The notes beneath the pieces were generated by a model. That model was not told where the DNA came from and made no database searches. It saw only the letters and a list, made by a program, of their open reading frames with translations. A stretch of 64,000 nucleotides of DNA from Deferribacterales bacterium. Its GTDB lineage: Bacteria; Chrysiogenota; Deferribacteres; Deferribacterales; Geovibrionaceae. The position numbers and the translations under genes are program-made. Each line of letters begins with the position of its first letter. The first letter of the stretch is position 1. The DNA lies in assembly GCA_050253075.1 (NCBI GenBank), contig JBFWJS010000002.1, positions 320,001-384,000 on the forward strand, written 5' to 3'. Of this stretch, positions 39,583 to 48,661 are shown in pieces.

Positions 39583-42500
39583 CTATGCTTTTACAATAGT
39601 TACTTTTGTATCATAGAAGGATGCGCTTCCTCCTATCTTGTCTGTTGCGCACATGTTCTTCAGCACGGGGTCAACGGCATTTGCAGCATTACTGCAAAGT
39701 CCTTTTGCCCGCTTAGGCTCGCCCTTGATCACCTCTCCGTCGAGGATGATGTCGGATGAACCGTATGCCCAGTGTCCATAGTGCCATGATACTGCCACTG
39801 TTCCGGGGCGGATGGTCTCTGTGACAACCAGCTTGCCTGTCATTGGGACTTTACGTCCGTTATTCAGATCCCATACTCCGTCAGGGTTGAAAGCAGATAC
39901 TATAGTGCCCATTTCGCCGTCTTTCAGACCGAGCCTTTTAGCATCGCTTGTGTGTATCATTATGCCGTTTTCAGGCATATGGAGTTCGTTCGACCAGTAG
40001 TTGCCTATTGTTCTGGACTGACCGCCTGTTATCTCTTTGAAAGTGATAAGGTCGAGGTCTGCACCTTTGAAATCAAAAGGTCTGTCGAACATGTCGCCTG
40101 CGATGGTATAGACAGGGTATCCGAGGAAGCGTTTACCTGTCATGGAGTCCTTCGCAGTGGCTACACGAGGCACATAGAGGCTGATCTTATTCTTGAACTT
40201 ATGCGCCACCTTGTCTCCGCTGTATGCCTTCGGCAGGAATTCGAAACGTCCGCCCCTGTTCAGGGTGTAGACTATCTGCGCCCAGTTTTTGGTATGAGAC
40301 TTTGCTCTCTCCATGTCGAATGCCGCAGGTGAAAGATGCTTTCTAGCATTGAGGAAAGTTTTCATCTCTTCGGCATCGGCAGCAGGTACACCGTCCCCTT
40401 CCATGGCGATGTTTTCTATCAGCTTCATGAAGAAGTCTTCCTCACGCATGTTGTCCATGCCTTCGCCGAATCCGTCTTTGCCGAATCCGCCGAGGCCGAG
40501 TCTCTCAGCGATGGCATATGCCACAGCTTCCATAGAGAGGTGTACTGTCTGGCCGTATACGGTTGTGGTGTCTGTCATCGGCTCTACGATAGGCTGTCTT
40601 ATCTTCGATATCTTCGAAGCTACGTCAGGTGTTGTATGGGATGTTCCCCATCTTTCCCAGATGGCCTTATCAGGGAAGATGTAGTCTGCGTACATACTTG
40701 TCTCGCCCACGACGATATCTGATGATATGTGCAGAGGGAGCTTTTTAGTATCGCAGAGCATCTCGATAAACACGTTACCCGCAGGAGAAGCATAAGCCGC
40801 TGTTCCCATGTGTGTGAACAGACACTTGATACCGTAAGGATATTTGTCGTCGCCTGACGGTATGATCTCCTGATACACATTGCCTGTGAACGGATAGAAA
40901 GGACGTTTTGCAGGGTATCCGTTGAAGAATGAAGTCTTTTCATAGACAGTCTTCTCCCTTGTGATAGGATATCCGAATTTTCCGAGCTTGTTATTAACGA
41001 GCTTGCCCATGTCGTATGGGTTTCCGCCTTTACCGCCGTATTCGTGCCAGTGGCCTCCGCCTATCATCATACCGCCTGTCCAGTCTGCATTACCCATGAG
41101 AACGTTCAGGGCGATGATAGCCGTAGCGTTGTAGTATCCGTTAGTATGCTGTACAGGGCCTCTGTAGAAATCTATCGATGTCTGCTTGCCATAGTTTGTG
41201 TATTCCTTAGCTACGAGCTCTATGTCGCTCGCAGGCACACCGCATATCTCTGCCCATTCTGAGACAGTCTTCTCAAATGCAGACTCTTTATAGATAGTGA
41301 ATGCCGATTTAACCTTGATACCGTTTATAACTGTATCAACTTCAAGCTCGCCTGTCACAGCGTCGCCCTTCTCGGTTCCTGCGACAGCTTTTCCGCCGCT
41401 CATGACGACAAAGTCGCCTTCCATGCCGATGTCGGACGGTTTAAGTATATCCGCAGGGCCGTCTTTCTCTATCTTCACCAGCCATGAAGAGTTAGAGAAT
41501 GTTGTCTCGCTGAGTGCTGCGCCCGCCTTAAAGTTTGCAGCGGCGAGGTATTTTGCGTCAAATCTGCCTTTTTCGATCATCCATCTGGCCATACCCAGAG
41601 CAAATGCGGCGTCTGTGCCCGCTTTGATAGGTATCCACTTTGTAGCTTTCGCTGCTGTTTTGGAGAATCTAGGGTCAATGACGTAAACCTTCATACCGCG
41701 CTCTGTCAGACCCTGTGTGATCTTTTCACTGAGCGGCGGTGGTCCGAAGTTTGCTTCGAATCCCCCTGTTCCAAAGTAAAGAACGCATTTGGTATTCATG
41801 ATATCAGGCTTCAGGTGTGTCTTGCCCGAATACATCTCTGCGTATCCGATGTGGTGGGACTGCTCGCATATTGTTGTATGCTCAAAGAAGTTTGGCGAGC
41901 CGAAGCAGTCCTGCATAAAGCGTTTCATAAACTCTTTACGTCCGTGCTCGATACGTCCGCCCATAAAGACGAACTGAGCGTTTGCAGGGCCGGCATCAGG
42001 ATGCTCAGGGTTCGCAAACATGTCCATCATGCCTGCGTACTTCGCTTTAAAGTCTGCCATAGACATCTTTTTGCCTGCGACAGCTTTTGCATCTTCTGCC
42101 ATCTTCTTCATTGTTTTAGAGTCGCGTACTTTATATATGTCTTTGAGACCTTCTACGTTTCTGCTCTCTTCACCGGGGACTTTCGCAAAGATGTTTCCGC
42201 CGTTTACGATCTCGTCCACAGCCTGATTGAAGTCTATGCTCTCCCACTTATTCTCGCCCCTTTTACCCGCTCTTTTCAGCACTTTTGTCACTCTGTACGG
42301 GTCATAAAGGGACTGTATGCCTGCCTGACCTTTCGGGCATATCTTTGCATCTATGCGTGCGCTCCTCTCGAGGGGCTCTGTCATTTCGATGTTAGGATAA
42401 AGGTTCTGCGCTGCGTATGGGTTTCCGTCTATTTTCAGAAGCACGCCTTCCGCCACCTTGCCTTTGATAGCGCAGGCAGTGTGACACTGCAGACAGATGG

Positions 42501-42693
42501 AGTATATTACATTTTCGGGTGAAGCGAGCTCGTATTTACTCTTGCTGGAGTTATCCATCATCTTTTCGATCTTTTTACCGGCACAGCCCAGATTGGTCGT
42601 CAGGAGAGCCGAGCCGCCCAGAAGCGCAGATGTCTTCATGAAGCATCTACGGTTCAGTGTTATCTTATCTATTATATCTTTATATCTGCTCAT
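39583..42693 (-). CDS. Tetrathionate/selenate-reductase (TtrA/SrdA)-clade molybdopterin oxidoreductase catalytic subunit
   Basis: NRRCFMK Tat motif; CLQCHTAC...KIDGNPY...CPKG; LYDPYR..KVLKRAGKRGE; HTTICEQSHH; GGSASFYDT; 1036 aa. Confidence 0.85.
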   Translation of the reverse strand: MSRYKDIIDKITLNRRCFMKTSALLGGSALLTTNLGCAGKKIEKMMDNSSKSKYELASPENVIYSICLQCHTACAIKGKVAEGVLLKIDGNPYAAQNLYPNIEMTEPLERSARIDAKICPKGQAGIQSLYDPYRVTKVLKRAGKRGENKWESIDFNQAVDEIVNGGNIFAKVPGEESRNVEGLKDIYKVRDSKTMKKMAEDAKAVAGKKMSMADFKAKYAGMMDMFANPEHPDAGPANAQFVFMGGRIEHGRKEFMKRFMQDCFGSPNFFEHTTICEQSHHIGYAEMYSGKTHLKPDIMNTKCVLYFGTGGFEANFGPPPLSEKITQGLTERGMKVYVIDPRFSKTAAKATKWIPIKAGTDAAFALGMARWMIEKGRFDAKYLAAANFKAGAALSETTFSNSSWLVKIEKDGPADILKPSDIGMEGDFVVMSGGKAVAGTEKGDAVTGELEVDTVINGIKVKSAFTIYKESAFEKTVSEWAEICGVPASDIELVAKEYTNYGKQTSIDFYRGPVQHTNGYYNATAIIALNVLMGNADWTGGMMIGGGHWHEYGGKGGNPYDMGKLVNNKLGKFGYPITREKTVYEKTSFFNGYPAKRPFYPFTGNVYQEIIPSGDDKYPYGIKCLFTHMGTAAYASPAGNVFIEMLCDTKKLPLHISSDIVVGETSMYADYIFPDKAIWERWGTSHTTPDVASKISKIRQPIVEPMTDTTTVYGQTVHLSMEAVAYAIAERLGLGGFGKDGFGEGMDNMREEDFFMKLIENIAMEGDGVPAADAEEMKTFLNARKHLSPAAFDMERAKSHTKNWAQIVYTLNRGGRFEFLPKAYSGDKVAHKFKNKISLYVPRVATAKDSMTGKRFLGYPVYTIAGDMFDRPFDFKGADLDLITFKEITGGQSRTIGNYWSNELHMPENGIMIHTSDAKRLGLKDGEMGTIVSAFNPDGVWDLNNGRKVPMTGKLVVTETIRPGTVAVSWHYGHWAYGSSDIILDGEVIKGEPKRAKGLCSNAANAVDPVLKNMCATDKIGGSASFYDTKVTIVKA

Positions 42694-42711
42694 TGTTTCC
42701 TCCGGTTGACC

Positions 42712-43437
42712 TTATCCGTGGCACTTTTTACAAAGCTCAACACTGTCGGTGATGTACTTTGTAGTCGGCACGGTTTTCTCATTCTGCATGTATACGTATA
42801 CATCCAGCTCTTTCGCCTTTTGAGCGATGAGGCTCTCAGGGTCGTTGATATCTCCGAAGTATGTCGCTCCGCCGAGGCATGTTGTGGCACATGTGGGGAG
42901 CATTCCCGCCGTGAGTCTGTGCAGACAGTAGTGGCACTTTCTGCAGCTGTTTACAGGAAGCGTATCTTTATCTCTCTTATACTTGTTTCCGTATTCATAG
43001 ACAGGTCCGTTCTCATAGGCTTTATCAGTGTAGAAGTCGCCCTTATCGAGAGAAACAGCACCGTAAGGACATGCTGCAACGGCATTACCCCCGCAGCCCA
43101 CACACTTGGAATAGTCTATGGCTACGATACCGTCGGCTCTTTTGATTATGGCGCCTGATGTGCAGGCCTTGATGCAGGGAGCGTCGTCGCACTGCATACA
43201 CATGCCCGGCATGAAATAACGCTGAACATTAGGGAATGTACCGTCCTCCGTCTCCTTAACCCACCTGTAATTAACGCCCTCGGGGGTTTTGTTCTCTGCT
43301 TTGCATGATACTGAGCATGCATGACACCCTGTACACTTTCTGATGTCAATCAACATGGCCCATTTCCGATTCTTTTCAGGCTTCAGAAGAGCTCTTTCGA
43401 GGTCTCTCTGCATCCTTAGGATATTGGATTCATTCAT
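42712..43437 (-). CDS. 4Fe-4S dicluster subunit (TtrB/SrdB-like)
   Basis: WAMLIDIRKCTGCHACSVSCKAEN; CMQCDDAPC; KCHYCLHRL.AGMLPTCATTC. Confidence 0.92.
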   Translation of the reverse strand: MNESNILRMQRDLERALLKPEKNRKWAMLIDIRKCTGCHACSVSCKAENKTPEGVNYRWVKETEDGTFPNVQRYFMPGMCMQCDDAPCIKACTSGAIIKRADGIVAIDYSKCVGCGGNAVAACPYGAVSLDKGDFYTDKAYENGPVYEYGNKYKRDKDTLPVNSCRKCHYCLHRLTAGMLPTCATTCLGGATYFGDINDPESLIAQKAKELDVYVYMQNEKTVPTTKYITDSVELCKKCHG

Positions 43438-43475
43438 ATCGGAACCTCCATTGTATTATGGTCCGTATATACTAA

Positions 43476-43492
43476 TGCAATGGGTGTGCCAG
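43476..43492 (-). promoter_or_regulatory. Sigma-54 -24/-12 promoter
   Basis: Minus strand CTGGCAC-ACCCA-TTGCA. Confidence 0.9.
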
Positions 43493-43504
43493 ATATTATC
43501 GGCG

Positions 43505-43517
43505 TAAGTTATTGATA
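43505..43517 (-). promoter_or_regulatory. IHF site
   Basis: TATCAATAACTTA matches WATCAANNNNTTR. Confidence 0.7.
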
Positions 43518-43539
43518 AATGACTACGAGAGGAGCAGAC

Positions 43540-43579
43540 TGTAAAGAATGTTTACACAGAAGTGTAAGGATATCTTACT
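43540..43579. promoter_or_regulatory. Two enhancer (UAS) palindromes for a sigma-54 activator
   Basis: TGTAAA-N5-TTTACA (43540-43556) and TGTAAG-N5-CTTACT (43563-43579). Confidence 0.7.
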
Positions 43580-44936
43580 CTATGCCGTATCTTTTGATCT
43601 TGTCATACAGGGTCACTCTGCTTATGCCCAGCTTTTTTGCTGCTGCGGTGTGGTTTTCGGATTCGGCGAGAATCTTTTTAATAAGAGTCACTTCCAGCTC
43701 TTCCACAGAGTTGCCCAAAACAGACTCGGGATATTTAGCAATGAAATAAGAGTAGATATCGCCCGATTCAGGCTTTTCACCTGTTATTATCGATGAGATA
43801 AGCTCATATGAGATTATATTTTTATTTGCCATCACGGCGGCTTTCGCCATGATATTTTTCAGTTCACGAACATTACCTTTCCAGATATGAGACTCCAGAA
43901 TGTCCCTGCATGTATTCTCTATGGCAGTTATATTCTTCTTCAGCTCGTCTTTCTGTCTGCTGAGATAATAGAGCGACAGAGGCCAGATATCCCCCTTTCT
44001 CTCCCGAAGCGGCGGGATGTTCATCTTAAATGCGTTTATCCTGTAGTAGAGGTCTTCGCGGAAACCGCCTTCCTCCACCAGAGTCTCCAGACATTTGTTG
44101 GTGGCTGAGATTATGCGGATGTCCACCTTCTGAAATGAGTTGTCGCCAACCCTCTGTATCAGCCCGTCCTGAAGCACATGCAGCAGTTTTGCCTGAAGCT
44201 GAAGGGGCATGTCGCCTATCTCATCCAGAAAGATAGTCCCCTTGTCTGCCATCTGAAATTTACCCTGCTTGTTCGTAGCGGCACCTGTGAAGGAGCCCTT
44301 AACATGACCGAAAAGTTCGCTCTCCAGAAGTGTCTCGGGGATAGCTGCGCAGTTTATACTTACAAAAGGGCTGTTCTTCCTCGGGCTGTATCTGTGTATC
44401 AGCTTCGCCATGACATCCTTCCCTGTCCCGCTCTCTCCCGTCAGCAATACGGGCGATCTGGTCTCTGATATCACAACGATATTTTTCAGGATATCACGCA
44501 TATCCTCAGACTCGGCGATGACTATATCCTCAGCGGAACTCTTTATAGCCGTATACTTGTCGCTGTTTATGTCTATCTGCGGGGCACCTGCATATTTTTC
44601 GACTATTTCCTTCAGCTTTCCGCTGTCCACGGGCTTTGCGAGGAAGTCCACGGCACCGAGACGTATGGCATCCATCAGCACCTCGGACGTTCCGTGGGCG
44701 GTGAGGAAGGCAACGGGGATGTCTTTTTTCACAGACCTCAGCTTCTTCATGACGTCTATGCCTGTCTCGTTTTCGAGCTGATAGTCGAGGAATATGAAAT
44801 CGATATCCTCGTTATTAAGAAATGGGAGCGCATCTTCATATGAGAGCGCAGTGAATATGTCAAAGTCCTTTGATAAAGACCGTTTTATCCCGTAGCAAAT
44901 CGACTCATCGTCATCAATCAACAGTATCTTCAGCAT
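43575..44936 (-). CDS. Sigma-54-dependent response regulator (NtrC family)
   Basis: Receiver domain; GESGTGKD; ESELFGHVKGSFTGA; FLDEIGD; WKGNVREL; Fis-type HTH. Confidence 0.96.
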   Translation of the reverse strand: MLKILLIDDDESICYGIKRSLSKDFDIFTALSYEDALPFLNNEDIDFIFLDYQLENETGIDVMKKLRSVKKDIPVAFLTAHGTSEVLMDAIRLGAVDFLAKPVDSGKLKEIVEKYAGAPQIDINSDKYTAIKSSAEDIVIAESEDMRDILKNIVVISETRSPVLLTGESGTGKDVMAKLIHRYSPRKNSPFVSINCAAIPETLLESELFGHVKGSFTGAATNKQGKFQMADKGTIFLDEIGDMPLQLQAKLLHVLQDGLIQRVGDNSFQKVDIRIISATNKCLETLVEEGGFREDLYYRINAFKMNIPPLRERKGDIWPLSLYYLSRQKDELKKNITAIENTCRDILESHIWKGNVRELKNIMAKAAVMANKNIISYELISSIITGEKPESGDIYSYFIAKYPESVLGNSVEELEVTLIKKILAESENHTAAAKKLGISRVTLYDKIKRYGIE

Positions 44937-45258
44937 GTTTCTACCTTATGTCTTCTCTCTTTTATAAACAGATAGTAGCATAACTAATCCCTATCTGCGA
45001 TTTCCAATATTCAGACAAGCCGTAATATTTTGATGAGTGCATAACTAAGGCTTCGAACCATATAAAATAAAAGCAGACACCTGTACCCGTGTTTTCAGTG
45101 TAATTAATATCCTCATAAACAACAAACAAGAGCATAGCCATCTGCTAGGCATAGTGAAATTAAAATTTAAGAAGAGATCTATACCTGAGTATCGAAACGT
45201 AAAAAAGGCGGTCCTTATAAGACCGCCCCTGACATAGTAAAGTAAATTTTACAGTTAA

Positions 45259-46449
45259 CTATTTTGCTGATTTAAGAACACCTACGATGTCTTCCACGCT
45301 CATAGGCGGACGGCTGAGGAGTTTTCCGCTTCCGTCATTTACCACTAGCATAGAGTCCTTCGCATACTGCTCAAAGAGTGACTCGTCTTTTATGCCGACC
45401 TCTGAAAGCCTTGTGGGACATCCGATCTCTTTAAGGAATGCCTCGAAAACGTCAATCCCCTCAAGAGCGAAATCCACATCAGACTTTCCGCCCTGCTCCA
45501 GATCAAGCACATTCTTAGCGAAAAGTACGAAACGCTCAGGGTGAACCTTCGCAGCGAATCTCATCCATGCAGGATTTACAATGGCAAGCCCCGCACCGTG
45601 TGTGATGTCATGATGCGCAGATAGAGCATGCTCTATCATATGCACAGGAGGGAGGAAATTCACGCCGGATGTTATCCATCCGTTCAGCGCAAGGATAGAT
45701 GCCCACTGGAGCTGTGCTCTCGCCTCGAGGTTGCTTCCGTCTTTCACTGCTATTTTTCCGTATTCCATAGTAGTGCGGATAACTCCCTCGGCGAAGCTGT
45801 CCTGAATAGGAGTACCGCCGAGACCGTTAAAGTATCCTTCTGTGACGTGTGTGATGATGTCACAAACACCGTATGCCGTCTGGTCAACCGGCACGGTAAG
45901 AGTCAGCTCGGGGTCTACCACGGCTTCCACAGGATAGAGATTTTCGTTTTGTATGAAAGACTTGATCTTTGTCTCGTCATTACTGATAACAGAGCCGCAG
46001 TTCATCTCTGAGCCTGTGGCGGCGAGTGTCGGCACTGTGATAACAGGGAGAGCTTTCTGCGGAATATACACATCGGCCTGACCGTGAAATATCATGTCCC
46101 ACGGGTCGCCGTCGTAATAGAAAGCCGCAGCCATAACCTTTGCCGCATCCATGACACTGCCTCCGCCTAGAGCGATAACAACATCACACCCCTCAGCTTT
46201 TGCTGTTTTACCGCCACGATCCACTGTGGTGATGCGAGGGTTCGGCTCTACGCCTGCACACTCGACATAGTCAACGCCGGCTTCTTTAAGGCTGGCTACA
46301 GCCTTGTCGAAAACGCCTGTCTTTTTCACACTGCTTCCGCCTGTCACGATGAGCGCTTTCTTACCGTATTTAGCTGTTACGGCACCGAGCTCTGCGAGCT
46401 TGCCTGCGCCGAAGTTCAATCTTGTGGGATTATAATACTGGAAATTCAT
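45259..46449 (-). CDS. Iron-containing alcohol dehydrogenase (YqhD/BdhA-like)
   Basis: YNPTRLNFG; GVEPNP; GGGSVMDAAK; TLAATGSEMN; HMIEH; THGAGLA. Confidence 0.93.
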   Translation of the reverse strand: MNFQYYNPTRLNFGAGKLAELGAVTAKYGKKALIVTGGSSVKKTGVFDKAVASLKEAGVDYVECAGVEPNPRITTVDRGGKTAKAEGCDVVIALGGGSVMDAAKVMAAAFYYDGDPWDMIFHGQADVYIPQKALPVITVPTLAATGSEMNCGSVISNDETKIKSFIQNENLYPVEAVVDPELTLTVPVDQTAYGVCDIITHVTEGYFNGLGGTPIQDSFAEGVIRTTMEYGKIAVKDGSNLEARAQLQWASILALNGWITSGVNFLPPVHMIEHALSAHHDITHGAGLAIVNPAWMRFAAKVHPERFVLFAKNVLDLEQGGKSDVDFALEGIDVFEAFLKEIGCPTRLSEVGIKDESLFEQYAKDSMLVVNDGSGKLLSRPPMSVEDIVGVLKSAK

Positions 46450-46506
46450 TCATTTCTCCTTGATCTGCTTTTGTATAATTCAATATAGCCCTCTTATATA
46501 TAATAC

Positions 46507-46540
46507 GTTAGCCCGATACACCGTGATTATTGCCTATTAC
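46507..46540 (-). promoter_or_regulatory. 34-bp operator copy A (upstream of Fe-ADH)
   Basis: GTAATAGGCAATAATCACGGTGTATCGGGCTAAC, 19 bp before TATATT. Confidence 0.7.
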
Positions 46541-46617
46541 TATTTAACATCACCACGACATCTTGCGCTCATCATTCTTTACGAATATATTTAGACTATC
46601 AAAAAGGAGCGCAAACA

Positions 46618-47535
46618 ATGACTAATGAGGCAGATAACAACCAGCACCTAACAAACGGCAGGAAACAGCTCGCCGAAATAATTGAACAATTAACCAAAGA
46701 CACGACAACCCTTGAAACAGGTATCCCCGGTCTTATACTTCACAGATGGGAGCACCCCACAGACCCCGTAAGCTATATGCACGACCCGAGCCTGTGTCTC
46801 ATCGCTCAGGGGAAAAAGCGTGTCGTCCTCGCCGAGGAAGACTATCACTACAGCGAAAACCAGTTTCTGCTCTCCTCCCTCGATCTGCCTATTATAGCAA
46901 ACATTGTAGAAGCCTCAAAAGACAGACCCTATCTGGGCATAACATACCGCCTGAATCAGAAAGAGATATCCCATCTGCTGGTGGATAACAACCTGCCGAA
47001 AAGCAGCAAAAGGGAAACATCAAAAAGTATTGGCGTTGGCGATGCATCCACAGAAATGATGGACGCCTTCATCAGGCTGGTAAGCCTCATAAAAGAACCG
47101 GACAATATAAACATGCTCGCTCCGCTGATACAGAAAGAGATACTCTTCAGACTGCTGATGAGCGATCAGGGGCCGAGGCTCAGAGAGCTCGCCATGGCAG
47201 GCAGCAAAGAGAGCCAGATAGCCAAAGCTATCGAATGGCTTAAAAAGAATTACAACACACAGCTGAAAATAGAGAATCTGGCAAACCACGCCCGCATGAG
47301 TTCGTCATCTCTTCATCAGCATTTCCGTGAAATGACAAACATGAGCCCGCTTCAGTATCAGAAATGGATACGCCTGCACGAGGCAAGAAGGCTTATGCTT
47401 GCGGAGAAATACGATGCATCAAACGCCGCTTTCGAAGTGGGATATGAGAGCCCCTCGCAGTTCAGCCGTGAATACAAAAGGCTCTTCGGCAACCCCCCGC
47501 TCAGAGACATAAAGCTGATGAGCGCTAACGGCTGA
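46618..47535 (+). CDS. AraC-family regulator (YqhC-like, AraC_N domain)
   Basis: PSLCLIAQGKK; MSPLQYQKWIRLHEARRLM; VGYESPSQFSREYKRLFG. Confidence 0.95.
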   Translation: MTNEADNNQHLTNGRKQLAEIIEQLTKDTTTLETGIPGLILHRWEHPTDPVSYMHDPSLCLIAQGKKRVVLAEEDYHYSENQFLLSSLDLPIIANIVEASKDRPYLGITYRLNQKEISHLLVDNNLPKSSKRETSKSIGVGDASTEMMDAFIRLVSLIKEPDNINMLAPLIQKEILFRLLMSDQGPRLRELAMAGSKESQIAKAIEWLKKNYNTQLKIENLANHARMSSSSLHQHFREMTNMSPLQYQKWIRLHEARRLMLAEKYDASNAAFEVGYESPSQFSREYKRLFGNPPLRDIKLMSANG

Positions 47536-47541
47536 TAAATA

Positions 47542-47575
47542 GTATCAGGCAAGAATATAGCAGTATCGGTATAAC
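47542..47575 (+). promoter_or_regulatory. 34-bp operator copy B (upstream of flavodoxin)
   Basis: GTATCAGGCAAGAATATAGCAGTATCGGTATAAC, 20 bp before TATAAT. Confidence 0.75.
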
Positions 47576-47627
47576 ACTTTCACAACCTGCACGCTTATAA
47601 TAATAAGAGATAATCAGAGGTGAAAAA

Positions 47628-48098
47628 ATGGAAAACAGAATACTGATCGCCTATTACTCATGGAAGGGAAACACTAAGAGGATAGCCGAGCTGATACAGA
47701 AGCAGACTGGCGGAGACCTTTTCGAGATAAAACCCGCAGAAGCATATACAATAGACTATAACGCATTAACCAAGCAGGCAAAGACCGAGATCCGCTCAGG
47801 ATTTCTCCCCGAGCTTGCCCAGATGCCTGATACAGCCCCATACACTACCATATTCCTCGGCACTCCTAATTGGTGGAACACTATGGCACCGCCGCTCGCA
47901 TCATTCATCTCCGAATGCGACACAAGAAGTAAAACCATAATACCATTCCTGACCCACGGAGGAGGCGGCTCGGGAACCATAGAAAAAGACATATCCGCAA
48001 TGTGCCCGCAGGCAGTTATGAAAAAAGGCTTTGCAGTGTATAACCGAGGCGGCAGTGATGTCGCAGATGAAATAAACGACTGGCTGGATAAACTATGA
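47628..48098 (+). CDS. Flavodoxin (Flavodoxin_4-like)
   Basis: IAYYSWKGNT; GTPNWW; PFLTHGGGG. Confidence 0.9.
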   Translation: MENRILIAYYSWKGNTKRIAELIQKQTGGDLFEIKPAEAYTIDYNALTKQAKTEIRSGFLPELAQMPDTAPYTTIFLGTPNWWNTMAPPLASFISECDTRSKTIIPFLTHGGGGSGTIEKDISAMCPQAVMKKGFAVYNRGGSDVADEINDWLDKL

Positions 48099-48520
48099 AA
48101 AAGATAACGGTAATTCTGCTGATGCTGACAACCATGACAGGCTTTATCCTTAAATCACACGCCGAAGGAGACAAAAGCACAATGATGATAAAAGTGACAT
48201 CAAATGGCAAAGTTACAGAATTCAGGCTGAATAACAGCACTGCGTCAAAGGATCTCTATGACCAGCTCCCCATGACCATAAAAGTCGAGAACTTCGGAGG
48301 GAACGAAAAGATTTTTTACCCGCCGAAAAAGCTGAATACGGCAGATACTCCCAAAGCAAATGCAAAGAACGGAACACTCGCATACTATGCTCCGTGGGGC
48401 GATGTCGTTATGTTTTACGAAGATTTCGGCTCGGCATCCGGTCTGTATGAACTGGGCGAGGCGACATCAGGCAAAGAACTCATCAGTAAAATGTCAGGCA
48501 ATATCTTAATAGAAAAATAA
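48095..48520 (+). CDS. Cyclophilin-like-fold protein with signal peptide
   Basis: QLPMTI...GNEKIFYPPKKL...GTLAYYAPWGDVVMFY. Confidence 0.82.
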   Translation: MKKITVILLMLTTMTGFILKSHAEGDKSTMMIKVTSNGKVTEFRLNNSTASKDLYDQLPMTIKVENFGGNEKIFYPPKKLNTADTPKANAKNGTLAYYAPWGDVVMFYEDFGSASGLYELGEATSGKELISKMSGNILIEK

Positions 48521-48573
48521 CACTCAGAGCCTTAATAAACTTTAAGGCTCTATTCCTCCCTTCCACTTTCACA

Positions 48574-48607
48574 GTATCAGGCAAAAATTACGCTGTATCG
48601 GTCTAAC
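48574..48607 (+). promoter_or_regulatory. 34-bp operator copy C (upstream of hydrolase)
   Basis: GTATCAGGCAAAAATTACGCTGTATCGGTCTAAC, 20 bp before TATATT. Confidence 0.75.
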
Positions 48608-48661
48608 ACTCTGCTCAATGACGGGCTTATATTAATTACATAAGAAAAACGGAGGAGTTTT

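Noticed and set aside
39583..42693. Assigning symbol ttrA or srdA
   Set aside because: Clade is recognisable but the substrate cannot be read from motifs, and the C subunit is absent
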